From: Octopus bimaculoides
Lineage: Eukaryota
NCBI RefSeq assembly: GCF_001194135.2
Contig: NC_068998.1
Coordinates: forward strand, 17,396,746 to 17,460,745
Direction: 5' to 3'
Length of the DNA stretch: 64,000 nucleotides
In this document: piece after piece, positions 25,059-38,353 of the stretch
How positions within the stretch are numbered: the stretch's first letter is position 1
Layout: each line of letters begins with the position of its first letter
Program-made: the position numbers and the translations under genes
The notes under the pieces: model-generated
What the model was told of the DNA's origin: nothing
Databases searched by the model: none
The model's input: the letters and a program-made list of their open reading frames with translations, nothing else

Positions 25059-27039
25059 ATGTATTTGATTAAAATTATGGTTATGCAAGAGTTAAATATA
25101 TATTATTACTTTACAAGAAACACAAACATCCTTGTACTTTTTATATACTACATATAACTAAAAGCATTGCACCTTTGATCTACTTAGGTTTATTAATATC
25201 TGTTGACCTCATGGAGACACCATGCTTTTATGTTACATAAAAGGCTTCTAAAGGGTTCCTAGATATTTCATCCTTGAAGTGATGTTAACCTTTTAACAAA
25301 GCACATATATGTCCTGCTCTTAAAAAATGCTTTACATATCTGGGATATATTTACTCATCTCTAGGAAAATGAAACTAGTAAATTATGAATACTACTCTGG
25401 TACATTAAAAAAAAACCCGACTATTCTGATACAGGCCTAATGTAACCATTTCTAATGCCTTTTGGAAAGCCCACATACTCAACATAGTTAAAAGTGCTTG
25501 AATGATACTTGTTTTCTTGTATTGTTGAGATGTTACTCATTACTAAACTTATATTAGATCTAGATTGTTTTTGCTCAAGAGTATGCCTATTATATTTGGA
25601 AAATGGCACATTTTTGTTTTAAAATCTATTCATGGAAAACTATTTAATCAATAGTTTCTGATGGGTTGAGTCTCTACCAATGTAATGCAGTTGAGGTAAA
25701 TGCTTACATTTGAAATAACACAGTACTTGAAAATATTTGAAGTTAGACATTTTTCATGAGGTTTTTTATTTTTATTTTTTTTCATATCAAAAACATCTTA
25801 TAGAGAAATTTCCAGCATTTAGAACTAAGCTTTTTAAATCTGGAAAAACATTTAAATAAATATATAAATAAATAAATATAATTAAGAGCTGATACAGAAA
25901 GCTTTCATTCTTATTACGAAATTGCAAAATATACGCTCATTGCCTGTGTGTTGAATGGCAATAAGGCTTCATGTATACAGCTGCAAAATAATTGTTTCAT
26001 ATTAGTGGTGATGGTGAGGAATAAAAATGTGGCAATGTTGGGTTCTCTTTCATTTGAAAAATAATTTTTTTTCATATACTTCCTAGTGTCATAAATATTG
26101 TATAAAGGATAGCTGGTTGATAAGTGCAAACATTTTGTGCTAATAATTATCTATGGTAATGGGATAAACAAAGCTTGGAAATATTAATAATAGGAATCTC
26201 CGGTGGCACACAACTTTCAAAGAAAGATTATTGATTATTTTTAGCTAATTTTTAAGGCTTATTACCTTAGGATAAGCCATAATCTAGCTCTTTCGTTTAA
26301 GAGCTAGGATGCTGCTAGTTGTTTTAACAACTGTTATTCTACATAAGAGTTCAGAATTCTTGCATACCAGTTTTAATTGACCAATCATTATTTTAGAAAC
26401 ATTACTTGGCAATCTGTTGAGATGGGGAATTTAATTATTCCTTTGACTGAGAAATACAGTTTGAATGCCAATCCTAAGAGGCTTTTTTTTATGATTGCAT
26501 TCTTCCCAGTCACTCTTTCTTACTCCTTTCTATTGTCTTCATACTCTTTCCTTGCAATGGTGGTGCAACTGGAACTGCTGTATATCAGTGCATGGTTCAT
26601 AGAAGGTCATGTTGTTAATGATGATGAACAACAAGATCAAATTGTTTAGCCAATGATGTAATTACATCATCCTCTTAAGCCAGTTTGACCCTTTGAAATG
26701 TGACATGACTACTTGAAAAATCTTTTTAGTTGAAATTAAATTATGATTGATTATTGATTGAAACATAGTGTCTTCACAACAGATTCACTGAAGAGATACG
26801 TTTAAGCTAAAATTCATATTTAAAACAAAGTTTATTGATTTAAGTTTTCTTTAAGTATTTTCTTCTTAACCAATTGATGTAACTAAACAGTTTTGAAATA
26901 GTTTTAAATTTAAACACTTGCGTAATTTTCCTGCTTTTGTTTTTTTCTTAATTCGACAAATGTTTGAAATAAAAGAATTAAAATAATTGAATATTAGTGG
27001 TTTTGGTTAGAATTCTAGAGCTATATTACAAGAACTATC

Positions 27040-27045
27040 TTTCTT

Positions 27046-27091
<46 letters not shown>

Positions 27092-27176
27092 TCTCTCTCT
27101 GTTTGTCTCTCTCTCTCTCTCTCTCTCTGTTTGTCTCTCTCTCTCTCTCTCTCTCTGTTTGTCTCTCTCTCTCTCC
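27040..27176. repeat. Compound (CT)n microsatellite with periodic GTTTGT interruptions
   Basis: CT runs are interrupted by repeated gtttgt units. Confidence 0.95.
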
Positions 27177-28513
27177 TTATGTTTTCTATCGCTCCATATG
27201 ATTTTTCTCTTTCAGAAAAGCAATGGGAGTATGATTGGCTTGGGATTGCTGCCTGATGGGATTATGCCACTTTATGATCTTTATGTAAAATATGATTTCT
27301 TATTGTGACAGCTACTTTTTTCATTCATTTGTTATATAGAATTTGTATTCCCCCCTCACCAGCTTTCACCATATGTTACATTCAGCCTGGATAAAACTAG
27401 AATCAGTGTAGAAAAATGTATATCAGCTTTCTTTTTATATATTTTTTTTTATTGTTAAGTATAAATGAAAACTGATACTTTTATGAAATTAGTATTGACT
27501 GTATTATCTGATTGCGATTACTGATGGATGTACTAAATGTATTTCATGATGATGGATAGATGAAGAGAATTGTTTCTTGTACTTTATTTTGATGAGATAT
27601 TTGTTGCAAAGTGAAATTATTAATATTCCTAATGCTAAAATACTTTTTATCTGAAATATATCAGTCTCCAAATAACCCCTTTTTACCAATAAATCAATCA
27701 GATATAGTTTACTTCATCAAAAAGTTCTGTAATTCCTAAACTTGATTGTAAGTCTAGTCATGTCTCTAATCAATGCTAGCAAAATGCTATCTTTTATAGA
27801 AAACTTTTAAAGCTGTTAATCAGATTACATGCAGACCAATATATGTTTGAATTTTTATTCATAAAATGTAAAAAAAAGAACAAGCATGTTGGATTTATGA
27901 ATTTAGAGGGAAAGGCATGTTAGAATTCCATTAAAAACAAAAAAAAAAAGCCTCCCTTGAAATCTCTTGACTAAGCTTTTTTTGTTAGATTTAGTTATTC
28001 AATAGATGAATTATTTTGAGTCAATTCTGTAAGCGATACCAACATTTTTGTTTTAATGCTGACATTAGTTTTAAAAATCTTTCCTTAAAATCAATATAAT
28101 TTTAAATTTAGAATATATTTATAAAATCTTTTTATTTGTCCAGATGCATAAATTTGATGAGTTAATTTGAAGGGAAATTTTTAATGCCTTTTTTCACATG
28201 ATTATAATCATAGAACCTGTTCATATTTGCTGTCTATTATTTATACATAATTAAAATAGCTTCCTCTGGACTTATTTTTAAAATTATAAAAGATCTATAC
28301 TTTTTAAAATGAAATTTTCACTTTCAGTTAAATGAATTTCCCATAGGAGTACAAGTTCTTCATAGGAAAAAATGCTTATTGATTTATTTTTGATGTCTTA
28401 TAGGAAAAAGATGAACACAAATGCATAATATATACTTCTATGTAATACTACCTCCAAAAGAAAGAACTCAATACATATGTAGAGTATGTTTGTGTGCATA
28501 TATATGTGTGTGT

Positions 28514-28554
<41 letters not shown>

Positions 28555-28611
28555 AACACACACATTAGGGGAAACTGAAGGTACAATTCCTCACAGTGAC
28601 TGACTAACTCT

Positions 28612-28830
28612 ATCTTACCAGATCCCCTCACCACCATCCACACCGCCCTTGCCAGAGCATGTTCCATGGACCGTGCATCTGCTCTCTCTCCCCGCACCCG
28701 CCCTGCTATCACCTGTCTCCCGTTTCTCCTCACCTACCACCCCACCACCCTACCTCTCCAACGCACCATTCTCTGAGCCTTCTGGCGATTCCAGTCCGAC
28801 CCCTCCACTTTGCACATCTTTCCTAACCAA
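28612..28830 (+). mobile_element. Penelope-like retroelement fragment (RT to GIY-YIG linker)
   Basis: A GC-rich island translating PDPLTTIHTALARACSMDRASALSPRTRPAITCLPFLLTYHPTTLPLQRTIL*AFWRFQSDPSTLHIFP. This matches the PLE pattern (GY)P...I..A..RA....R..AL.......PL.LTYHP......I......LQ.DP.T..IF. Confidence 0.75.
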
Positions 28831-30107
28831 CATTATGCAATGTTTTGTTATTTTCAAGACAGTGTGTGTGATTTAACAAAGATTTAACTACTATCTCTAG
28901 CAGGTCAAGTACAAAGGCTTCTTGTTTGGTTTCTCCTCAGAATCTGTTATCTTTAAATATAGGTTACATTTGCTGTTTTATTATTTTATCCTACATTCTG
29001 CCTCATTCAGTGACATTTCATATCAACCCTAACCAAGTGTAGTGATATTCTTTGCTTAGGATAGTGTGTCAGAAAAAGACATATACAAGAGAAATGCTTT
29101 GTTGCCAATTGTAATTAAAAAATTTTTTTTACTTCATTAACATAACATTAACATAATTTGAGTCTTGTAAAACCTATTTAATTAATATTATAGTTAACTT
29201 CCAATATACAAATACTTTTTCTATTATGTCCTTAGCCCTTTTCATGCATAATTTTTATTTATTTGACATTGGAATTGGTAGAAATCTAAACAAAATAGGA
29301 TATTATGAATTTTTTTGTACCTTATGACTTGCTTTCCATATTTTAATATTTGTTCATGTTTTTAATTACCGTTTAAAATATTTTATTCTATGTTTTTCAA
29401 TTTCTGCTCTATAGTTGTAAAAATATTTGTTTATATTCATATGTTAATTTATCTGAGCTGTTCATTATCTTAGATCAATGTTTTCTTATTGTACATTGGT
29501 TGTTCAGTGTATTTATCAGCTTATTAAGTTATATTATGCCAAGTAATATCAGTCTTTTTCTATAACTTAAGCTTCATTACTTATTGATCACATTTGTTGA
29601 TTTACTTCACTGTACAATACTGCACAATAGAAAGGAAGGGATTATTCTTACATTTTGTTCTAGTTCTCAGATTTTTTTTCACCAAGAAATTCTATTTTTG
29701 GACTATTTTTCCAATTCTTCTGAGATGATCTACCAATACATTTCTGTGCACATGATAAAGGATGCATTGTGATGTTTTTTTCATTTGTCTTAATTTGAAA
29801 TTATTGTTGACAGTTTTACCAATATCATAAGAGAGGTTTCACATAGCAATCATAATATACAGTATTAATACATTTTTCTTTGTTTATTCATATATCATTT
29901 ACAATTTTCTGATATTTGAAATAAATGAATTTCCATTTCCCTTATGTAAGGAGTTTATTTGATAAAAGTAAAAAAAAAAAAAAAACTCCAAAAGAAAATC
30001 CTACTTGACTTTCAGAGGAAAAAAATTAGCTTGATTGTTTTTCATAACTACAGAAAAATAATGAAAAAAAATTGTATGATTTTTTTCAATAATTCACATG
30101 AATTTAA

Positions 30108-30550
30108 TGGGTTAAGATGTTTGCTTTCCAACCACATGCTTCTTTGAGTTCAATCCTACTGCTTGGCACCTTGGGAAAGTGTCTTCTAGTCTACCCTGGG
30201 CTGACTAAAGCCTTGTGAATAGATTTGGAGATGGAAACTGAAAGAAACCCATTGTATATGTATGTATATGCCTACATACATAAATACACACATAAATCCA
30301 TACATACATACATGTATGCACATGAATGTCTGGTTGTGTCTGCTTGACATTGCGTGATAGTTGTAAAATGAGTGTCACTCTCAAAGAAGCAGTGTCACTC
30401 ATTTCCAATAATCTGTGAAAACACATGGCCATGACAAAATGTTACCTTACTTGGAACCAGGTAAGGGTTGGCTGTAGAAAATCTACCTCTTTAAACTCTA
30501 TCCAGTCCTTGCAAGCATGGAAAAATGGACATTAAAATGATGACAATGAT
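30108..30550 (+). mobile_element. SINE with the same tRNA-derived head but an RTE-LINE-type 3' tail
   Basis: The head matches the 12708 SINE (ccaaccacatg..ggcaccttggg..aagtgtcttct..ggaaactgaaagaa). The 3' end, gctgtagaaaatc..ccagtccttgcaagcatggaaaaatggacattaaaatgatg, is like the RTE tails. Confidence 0.8.
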
Positions 30551-31599
30551 ATTTAGTTCATTTTAAATTGGTCTTCTCTCTCCAGTGATTTTTTTTTTCT
30601 GTAGATAATTCTCATCTAATTCTTGCAGACTTTTGCCATTGTAACTATATACTTAACTATGTGTGCTATACTGATATCTTTACACTAATTACTATTAGTA
30701 GCCTTTGTGGTCCATTCTATTAAAAACAAATGTATGAGCTGTAAAGCTGTTACTTAATGAGTACCATTTGTAAACTCCACTTCAAAGTCACGATCAGTAT
30801 ACTTTGTAATTTATGCTATACAACTTGTTTATTTCCTTTTTCTCTTAAGTGAATTAGGTTGTTGGCAACATGTCATAGAAATCTTAATTAATAAAACCTT
30901 GGAATTTGCTACATTAAATATTAATTCTTCAGTCCTCTCTTGTGCTTAAATCTTTTTCTTCCATTAATTCTGCTTTGGGAATTAGGAAATTTATACTGAC
31001 AGACTTAGAATCTTTTGTAACTATGCTTTTAACTATAGAAATGCCAACTAGTGCACAAGTTAACTGACCATCCATTCACTCAAACGTAAAATTACTGTCT
31101 TATTTTGATATATCATTCACAGACAATAGCATGATTTCTATTGTTTTGTCATATCTAAGATATGATTATATTTCTCTGTTTTTACATTTTTTTTTTTTGT
31201 ATTCTTGGTGAAAATTGATCAAGTAACAAATGAAACGCCTTGATTTTCTTATTATTACTACTCTTTATGTTTAAAACCCATCAGTCAACTTCAGAGGTTA
31301 ATAAAATAGAGTACAAGTCATGTACATGAGTCAATATAATTATTTATACATTACCCTCAACATTTCTGGTCCTGTTAAAATAATTTCAGTTTCAAAATTT
31401 TTCCATTAAGTCTCTTTGAATGTTTATTATTTTTTGTGAGAAAATAAATACCCTGCTCCCTTAGAATTCATGTGTATTCTGAGAACAAGCTAACATAACT
31501 CATTCCAATTCAGGAGAATGATTGCTTGACTGTTAATCACAAATTCCATCACTTAGCTAAACCAGAACCTGTCACCATATATTGCTTGCACACTTTTTA

Positions 31600-31980
31600 C
31601 ATCTTCGCTTGGCTTTGCAAGCAAGGATTTGTGGAGGAGGATGTTCATGTCTGTGGCAATCTTGCTGGTGCCCAATGAGTCCAATTCAGGACAAACCAGT
31701 ACAACTGCAGAGACTGCATGGGAAGGTAGGCTGATCAGGGCTGGCTACAGTATCCTTGTTTTCCCTCCTTTTTCTCTTGTCTGCAAGGATGGTCCTGTGG
31801 GTGTCTTCAAAGAAGGCTGTTTCCCAGTGGACAATAAGTCACCAGGCTTCACAGTCAGCAGTAAGAACAGAACTCTGGTGATGATCAATATTGCAGGCAC
31901 CCAGAGAGTTCTTGTACCTCTTCTTTGGTGCCCCTCTATCATTTTTCACACAGTATATTGTTGCACTATTATAATTAAGA
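31600..31980 (-). mobile_element. RTE-clade LINE 3' end encoding a C-terminal C2H2-like finger
   Basis: Translation DRGAPKKRYKNSLGACNIDHHQ..LTADCEAW, then FEDTHRTILADKRKRRENKDTVASPDQPTFPCSLCSCTGLS*IGLIGHQQDC. The 3' UTR is acaaatccttgcttgcaaagccaagcgaag. Confidence 0.85.
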
Positions 31981-32784
31981 TGGCAATAGAAAGGATATCC
32001 ACTCATAGTAAACATATGAAAATGAAATGTGTGAGAGATGTGGATTCTGCCTGTTGTGGTAGAAGGAACTCTTGCAAGGAACATCTCAAGTACCAGAGGC
32101 ATGATAAAATGCTAAATAAACAGCTGATTGGTTAGTTTTCTCTATTGCAAGATGATGCACATGACTGCTCGTCCAACCCATGTCACAGTTGAAAAACAGG
32201 TAAAAATTAATGTCTACTTCCTCTCTAGAAATAGGAATAAATGATTTATTAAGTTCACTTTTCATTAATGGTTTGTACTTGATAATACATTGGCTGATTG
32301 GGTGTTAACTGAAGATAAAGAACTTTCAACTGATATTAATAGTTGGAGCTAAGGTTATTTAATAATATGCTGTGTCAAAACTTCAGATCTTTTGACTTGA
32401 GTTAGGTGTAAATATATTCACTGTAAAAGAAAGGAGAAAAAATGTTAGCACTGCGTTTCTCAACTAGCATGTGCAAAACTAAAGAGAAATAGGTACTTAT
32501 GGTACCCTACAGGCTGATTAGATTTACAAAACTAATCTATTATAATTGTTATTTAAAAAAAGAAACAAGTTTTTTTAAAAGTTCTAAAAGATTTGAAAAC
32601 TGATGTTTTACTTCTGAAGTAGAAGTAGGGAGAAAGAAAATTGATTTTATTATATGAACAATGTAACATATAGATTATATGATATATAATACTGATAATA
32701 TTTAAAGGCCTGAAATTTGGAGAAGGATAGTTGATTACATTGGCTCCAGTATTTAACTGATACTTCTTTTTTATTGACCTTGGA

Positions 32785-33080
32785 AGGATGAAAAGCAAAG
32801 TTGACCATACAAGGATTTGAACTCAGAATGGGAAGTGTGGGAACAAATACTACAATGCATTTTTTCTCATCTGCTAATGATTCTGCCAGCTTATCACCTT
32901 TTTAGTAATTATTTCAGCTCTTGGCCCAAGGCCAGCAATTTTAGGGTGTGGTCTTAGACAATTACACTATCCCCAATACTTGATTGGTAGCTTTTTTTTT
33001 TTATTAATCCTGAGAGGATGAAAGGCAGAGTCAACCTCAGTAAGATTTGAACTCAGAATGTAAAGAGCTGAAACAAATAA
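32785..33080 (-). mobile_element. Two decayed fragments of a second tRNA-derived SINE family
   Basis: The reverse complement contains attctgagttcaaat...gttgactctgcctttcatcct twice, homologous to the plus-strand copy at 45678. Confidence 0.7.
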
Positions 33081-33104
33081 TGTGTGCATTATTTACATCT
33101 TGTT

Positions 33105-33230
33105 TACATTTGCCTGGTGTACTGTTATCAGATGGGTAGTCATGATGGGTGTATGAGACTTCATATATTTATACCCCAGTTTCACTTTGATGGCATACGT
33201 TGCTCTCTCACTCAACAATAATAACAATGA
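33105..33230 (+). mobile_element. Short dispersed-repeat 3' tail ending in (AAT)n
   Basis: agatgggtagtcatgatggg...taccccagtttcactttgatggcat..gctctctcactcaacaataataac resembles an Octopus retroelement tail recalled from memory. No second copy is present in the window. Confidence 0.45.
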
Positions 33231-33680
33231 TACACCTTCTTATATAGCATCTAAGCTCAATGTTTTTTCTCTTCTTAAATGTTCTTTGCCTGAACATTTT
33301 CTGACATTATATTTTCTCCTGGTATTATATATATTATAAACATTATATAAAAAAAGACAAGTATAATAAATGACCAGTGTTGCTAGATTCCAAACCTAGT
33401 AATTCTCTCTTGTCTGTACCAATCTTAGCATTTTTACTTGAATGTCACAGTAATAATTATTCAAGGAGGTAAACAATAATTTGGAGTAATGAAGGATAAT
33501 TTGCATTGTATGTTATATAATAGATATTTCGCTGCTCTTTTAGTCATGAGATTGCAACTATACTAAGGCACTCTACCTTCAAGTATTTAGCTATTCATAT
33601 CAAGCTCAGCATTTATTTCAGTTTGGTACTTTATCAAACTTTACTGGTTAATCCACTAAGTTAACAGGACAACAAATGTA

Positions 33681-33686
33681 CACACA

Positions 33687-33734
<48 letters not shown>

Positions 33735-33742
33735 CACACACA
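33681..33742. repeat. (GCAC)n(CA)n compound microsatellite
   Basis: Direct reading of the sequence. Confidence 0.97.
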
Positions 33743-34499
33743 TTATATGTATGTATCTGAACTACACAATGAAATTCTGTGTGTATACTTTGTAATGACA
33801 ATTCATTTGAACTGAAATTACATAGTTGTATTGCTTTATGAATTCTACTTTATTGAATCAGTAGTGCTGGACATATATGTCTTGTAGTTTGCAGTTCTGA
33901 GCTTTTATGCTCTTATCTCAAATCCTACTTGGATCAGCTATGCTGTTCACCCTCCTTCTTGGGCCAATTCAAATTATTAGCAGTCAAATTCCAGGATCAA
34001 TATAATTGTTTCTTTCCTTCCCCACAAGTATAGACATGTGTCTTAAGTTAGAAATTATTACTGCGAATTATTGTTACTGGTGAATTCAGTAGAAATGGTA
34101 ACATGCTGAAGTAAATGCCTCGTGGTATTTAGTTTTATCTTTTTATATTCTGAGTTTAAATGTTATTGGGTTTGACTTTGCTTTCCTTTCTTTGAAATGG
34201 GGAGATAAGTATCATGGAAGTACTGATGTTGATTTAAACAATTATAGCACTTTTCTCAATATGTTCCTGACCTTGTGTCAAAGTTAGAAACCTTTTCTTT
34301 CCTTTGCTATATTCCCACCTCAGCATTCATTTATAAAAATCTGACATACTTCTCTAGTCTTCTAAAGTCTATAGTAACAAAATGTTTCGAGGTTCATGTA
34401 GATCAAAATATGTACAGAGTTATTACCACACTGCTAAGCATCACTCACTTCTTGCATATATATATATAACTATATATATAGTTGAGGTTCATACTGATA

Positions 34500-34640
34500 G
34501 TGAAGGTGTATGACCCAGTGATTAGGAGGAGCTATGATTCATGATCATAAGGTCAGGGGTTCAGTTCCTGGATCTTGCATCTTATGTTCTTGATCAAGGC
34601 ATTTCATTTCACATTGCTCCAGTTTACCCAGCTGTTGCAC
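34500..34640 (+). mobile_element. Decayed tRNA-derived SINE head (third family)
   Basis: gacccagtgattagg...catgatcataaggtcaggggttcagttcctgg...ttgatcaaggcatttcatttcacattgctccagt contains A-box and B-box remnants. Confidence 0.55.
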
Positions 34641-35191
34641 TCTGGATGTGCTGCTGGGGGTCAAGAGTGAGGGGGCCTGAGAAGGTGTCTGTGTCAGCTA
34701 GCATTACATAGACATTTAAAACTATTAGTAAAAGTATGATACTTGTCACTAAGCCATATTCACTTACCAGTGACAGTTAGATGTATTGCCTTGTATACTG
34801 ACAAAACAACTTTTTTTTTTACTCTCTGCTGGAATTTGAAGACATTTCAGTGAAAAGTGAAAAACCAATAAATACCTCTAAGAATAATAAACAGCTCAAC
34901 TTGGAGAATAATTTCCTACTTTGCAAAATAAATTATGCAATTGAATGGCACTTCGTGACAAAACAATCTTAGTTTACAAATCAAGACTTCTGGAGTTCAA
35001 TAAATAAACAACTGTAATGTTTTCTGGAATTAGCATAGAGGTATCATGTTCATATTTAAAAATTTTTTTTAGTAAAAATTAAGCAGAAGTAAACATTTAG
35101 AAATTGATTAACTATCTGATAAACAGTTTTCTTTTTTTCAAGGTGCATTAGTAAGAACAAATATTGATATTTTCTATAACTACAAAACGTT

Positions 35192-35233
<42 letters not shown>

Positions 35234-35833
35234 NNNNNNNNNNNNNNNNNNNNNNNNNNNNNNNNNNNNNNNNNNNNNNNNNNNNNNNNNNNNNNNNNNN
35301 NNNNNNNNNNNNNNNNNNNNNNNNNNNNNNNNNNNNNNNNNNNNNNNNNNNNNNNNNNNNNNNNNNNNNNNNNNNNNNNNNNNNNNNNNNNNNNNNNNNN
35401 NNNNNNNNNNNNNNNNNNNNNNNNNNNNNNNNNNNNNNNNNNNNNNNNNNNNNNNNNNNNNNNNNNNNNNNNNNNNNNNNNNNNNNNNNNNNNNNNNNNN
35501 NNNNNNNNNNNNNNNNNNNNNNNNNNNNNNNNNNNNNNNNNNNNNNNNNNNNNNNNNNNNNNNNNNNNNNNNNNNNNNNNNNNNNNNNNNNNNNNNNNNN
35601 NNNNNNNNNNNNNNNNNNNNNNNNNNNNNNNNNNNNNNNNNNNNNNNNNNNNNNNNNNNNNNNNNNNNNNNNNNNNNNNNNNNNNNNNNNNNNNNNNNNN
35701 NNNNNNNNNNNNNNNNNNNNNNNNNNNNNNNNNNNNNNNNNNNNNNNNNNNNNNNNNNNNNNNNNNNNNNNNNNNNNNNNNNNNNNNNNNNNNNNNNNNN
35801 NNNNNNNNNNNNNNNNNNNNNNNNNNNNNNNNN
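35234..35833. other. Assembly gap flanked by (TA)n on both sides
   Basis: N run between TA arrays. Confidence 0.99.
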
Positions 35834-35876
<43 letters not shown>

Positions 35877-36462
35877 GTGTGGCATGAAATTCTGTGCAAA
35901 AAAGATTTAACAAATTCTCCCCCTCCTCATTAATCAGTATTTTTCTATTTTCATTACCAACGTGGATATCGATTTTTAGAATGATCACACTTTTTAAGTG
36001 TTTTGGCTTTAGACTTAAACCTTATATTATTAGAAATTCATATTTATACACTATAATCCTGTTTGAATGTAGAGATCTTAGCTTGCTTTGTATATTCTGT
36101 ATGCACATTATACTCACAATTCAGTGTTATACCAAGTTTTGTTTTGCCTGTATATTTAGCTATTTCTTTTAGTTATGAACCAATATTTCATACCTTTATA
36201 GTATTTGGTCATAAATATCACTTATTGAGGCAGTTTGTCATGAGGATAGACAACTATACATTATTTATTTAGAATCAGTCAGTAAGTTTCTATTACTTCT
36301 GGTTATAGTCTTGACATTTCATAAATAAAATTTTATATTGTGGAGATGAAGAGAGAAAATATTCGAATTAAGGAATTTTACTCTCCCTCAGTAAAAGAAT
36401 ACTGGAAATACTCTTTTTTTCTTTCTTTCACATTTTGCTTGTCTGCTGAGGTTCAAAAAGTA

Positions 36463-37664
36463 TTGGGCCATCCCATAAATAATGCAGTTTTTTAATACTA
36501 ATTTTATTTTTCAAAATTAAGGTAAACAAAGTTCCGTTTTAATTTAAAATATACTCTCCTTCATCTCTACAATGCTCTTCCATCTATCTGGTAGACTTGC
36601 AAAGCCCTTCTTCCAAAATTCACTTGTCCATGATGAAAAATACTCCTTCAGTACTGTTCTGACCTCTCTACAGAATTCATATTTTTTCCATCCAAATGAT
36701 TTTGAAGACTGTGGAAGAAATGATAATCAGATGGGGGCAATATCTGGTAAATATGCTGGGTAGGGCATTGTTTCCCATTGAAACTGTCATCCTCACTGTA
36801 TGTGGCCAACCATTATCCTGATGGAAGAACACCTTTCGTCTTGAAACCAAAAATGGTCATTTTTCTTTTAGTGCTGACTTCAGCTATTCAAGCTGTTCGC
36901 AGTAGATCTCCTTTGTTATCTGTTGGAAGTTCGAAGTGGACTAAACCTTTCATATCCCACCAAACAGATAACATCTTATATGGGTGAAGACCTTCTTTAA
37001 TCTGGAGTACCAGTGTTTCTCCTTTCCCTGCCCACTGTCTTCGGCACTTGCCATTTTTATAGAGAACCCATTTCTCATCACCAGTCACTATTAGGTCCAA
37101 AAACTGTTCATTTATATGACGTGACAGCAAAGAAGAGCACCCATTGACCCAATTTGCTGACTTTTCTAATGGCACGCAAGTGTCGATGAATGGTTGAATG
37201 ACTAAATCCAAGCTTTTCTGCTAGTTCCTGAACAGTTACAATGAAATTTTGTTCCACCAGGGTTTGCAAGATGTCCTTGTTGAGCTTTACAGGTCTTCCA
37301 AGATGAGGCATTTTTTCTAGGCTGTAGTTCCGGCTTGGAATTTTTGGAACCACCATTGATACTGGCTTATGCTTATTGTCTGATCCCCATATACTGCATT
37401 AATATTCCTCGCACTTCCCATTGTGTTGTTGCCTTTATTGAACTTATAAAGCAAAATATGCCGAATATGCTCCTTTGTCACTTCCATTATAGCTTTGGAA
37501 AACTAACTGTTAAAATCGAACTGCATTCTTCAAAACTTGCACTAAGGGCAAGGTAAAATTACTACCTGCTTTTATAGCACATTGATGCAGATAGTTTACC
37601 CTGTCCCCCTCTGACTTTTAGTTCATGCAATTGAAAAAACTGCATTATTTATGGAATGACCCAA
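36463..37664 (-). mobile_element. Near-full-length mariner (D,D34D) transposon with inactivated transposase
   Basis: 31-bp TIRs with 2 mismatches: ttgggccatcccataaataatgcagtttttt and aaaaaactgcattatttatggaatgacccaa. TA is intact on both sides (36461-36462, 37665-37666). Motifs GRPVKLNKD, ELAEKLGFSHSTIHRHL, IVTGDEKWVLY and LSVWWDMKG are present, with frameshifts. Confidence 0.95.
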
Positions 37665-37966
37665 TATTAGGCCTGTCGCTTTCTCATTCACTCTCATACT
37701 TTCTTGTTCACTCCAATTCATTTTCTTTCTTTCATATTGTTATGGGAACTGCCTTGTATCTAGATTAATAGCTTACATTGAAAATCAAAAAGAGAAATTG
37801 CTTTGAGAACTTTAACATGAATGAATGAAAGAAAATAATCACATTCTTAATAAAATTTGTTACTGGTTTCAATAAATTGAAATAAATCAATCTCCCATGA
37901 TATAATTTCTGGAAGCTCACATTTCCTTACCAGAAACAAACACACACACACACACACACACACAGA

Positions 37967-38353
37967 NNNNNNNNNNNNNNNNNNNNNNNNNNNNNNNNNN
38001 NNNNNNNNNNNNNNNNNNNNNNNNNNNNNNNNNNNNNNNNNNNNNNNNNNNNNNNNNNNNNNNNNNNNNNNNNNNNNNNNNNNNNNNNNNNNNNNNNNNN
38101 NNNNNNNNNNNNNNNNNNNNNNNNNNNNNNNNNNNNNNNNNNNNNNNNNNNNNNNNNNNNNNNNNNNNNNNNNNNNNNNNNNNNNNNNNNNNNNNNNNNN
38201 NNNNNNNNNNNNNNNNNNNNNNNNNNNNNNNNNNNNNNNNNNNNNNNNNNNNNNNNNNNNNNNNNNNNNNNNNNNNNNNNNNNNNNNNNNNNNNNNNNNN
38301 NNNNNNNNNNNNNNNNNNNNNNNNNNNNNNNNNNNNNNNNNNNNNNNNNNNNN
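37967..38353. other. Assembly gap
   Basis: N run following (CA)n. Confidence 0.99.

Noticed and set aside
33451-33468. 18-nt candidate microexon; similar cases at 15741-15754, 49557-49575 and 54136-54177
   Set aside because: One splice site is mediocre in each, and such matches are expected by chance in AT-rich DNA.
35056-35988. Long ORFs across N runs (also near 37917, 58666-59343 and 62592-63242)
   Set aside because: They are open only because Ns and (TA)n lack stop codons.
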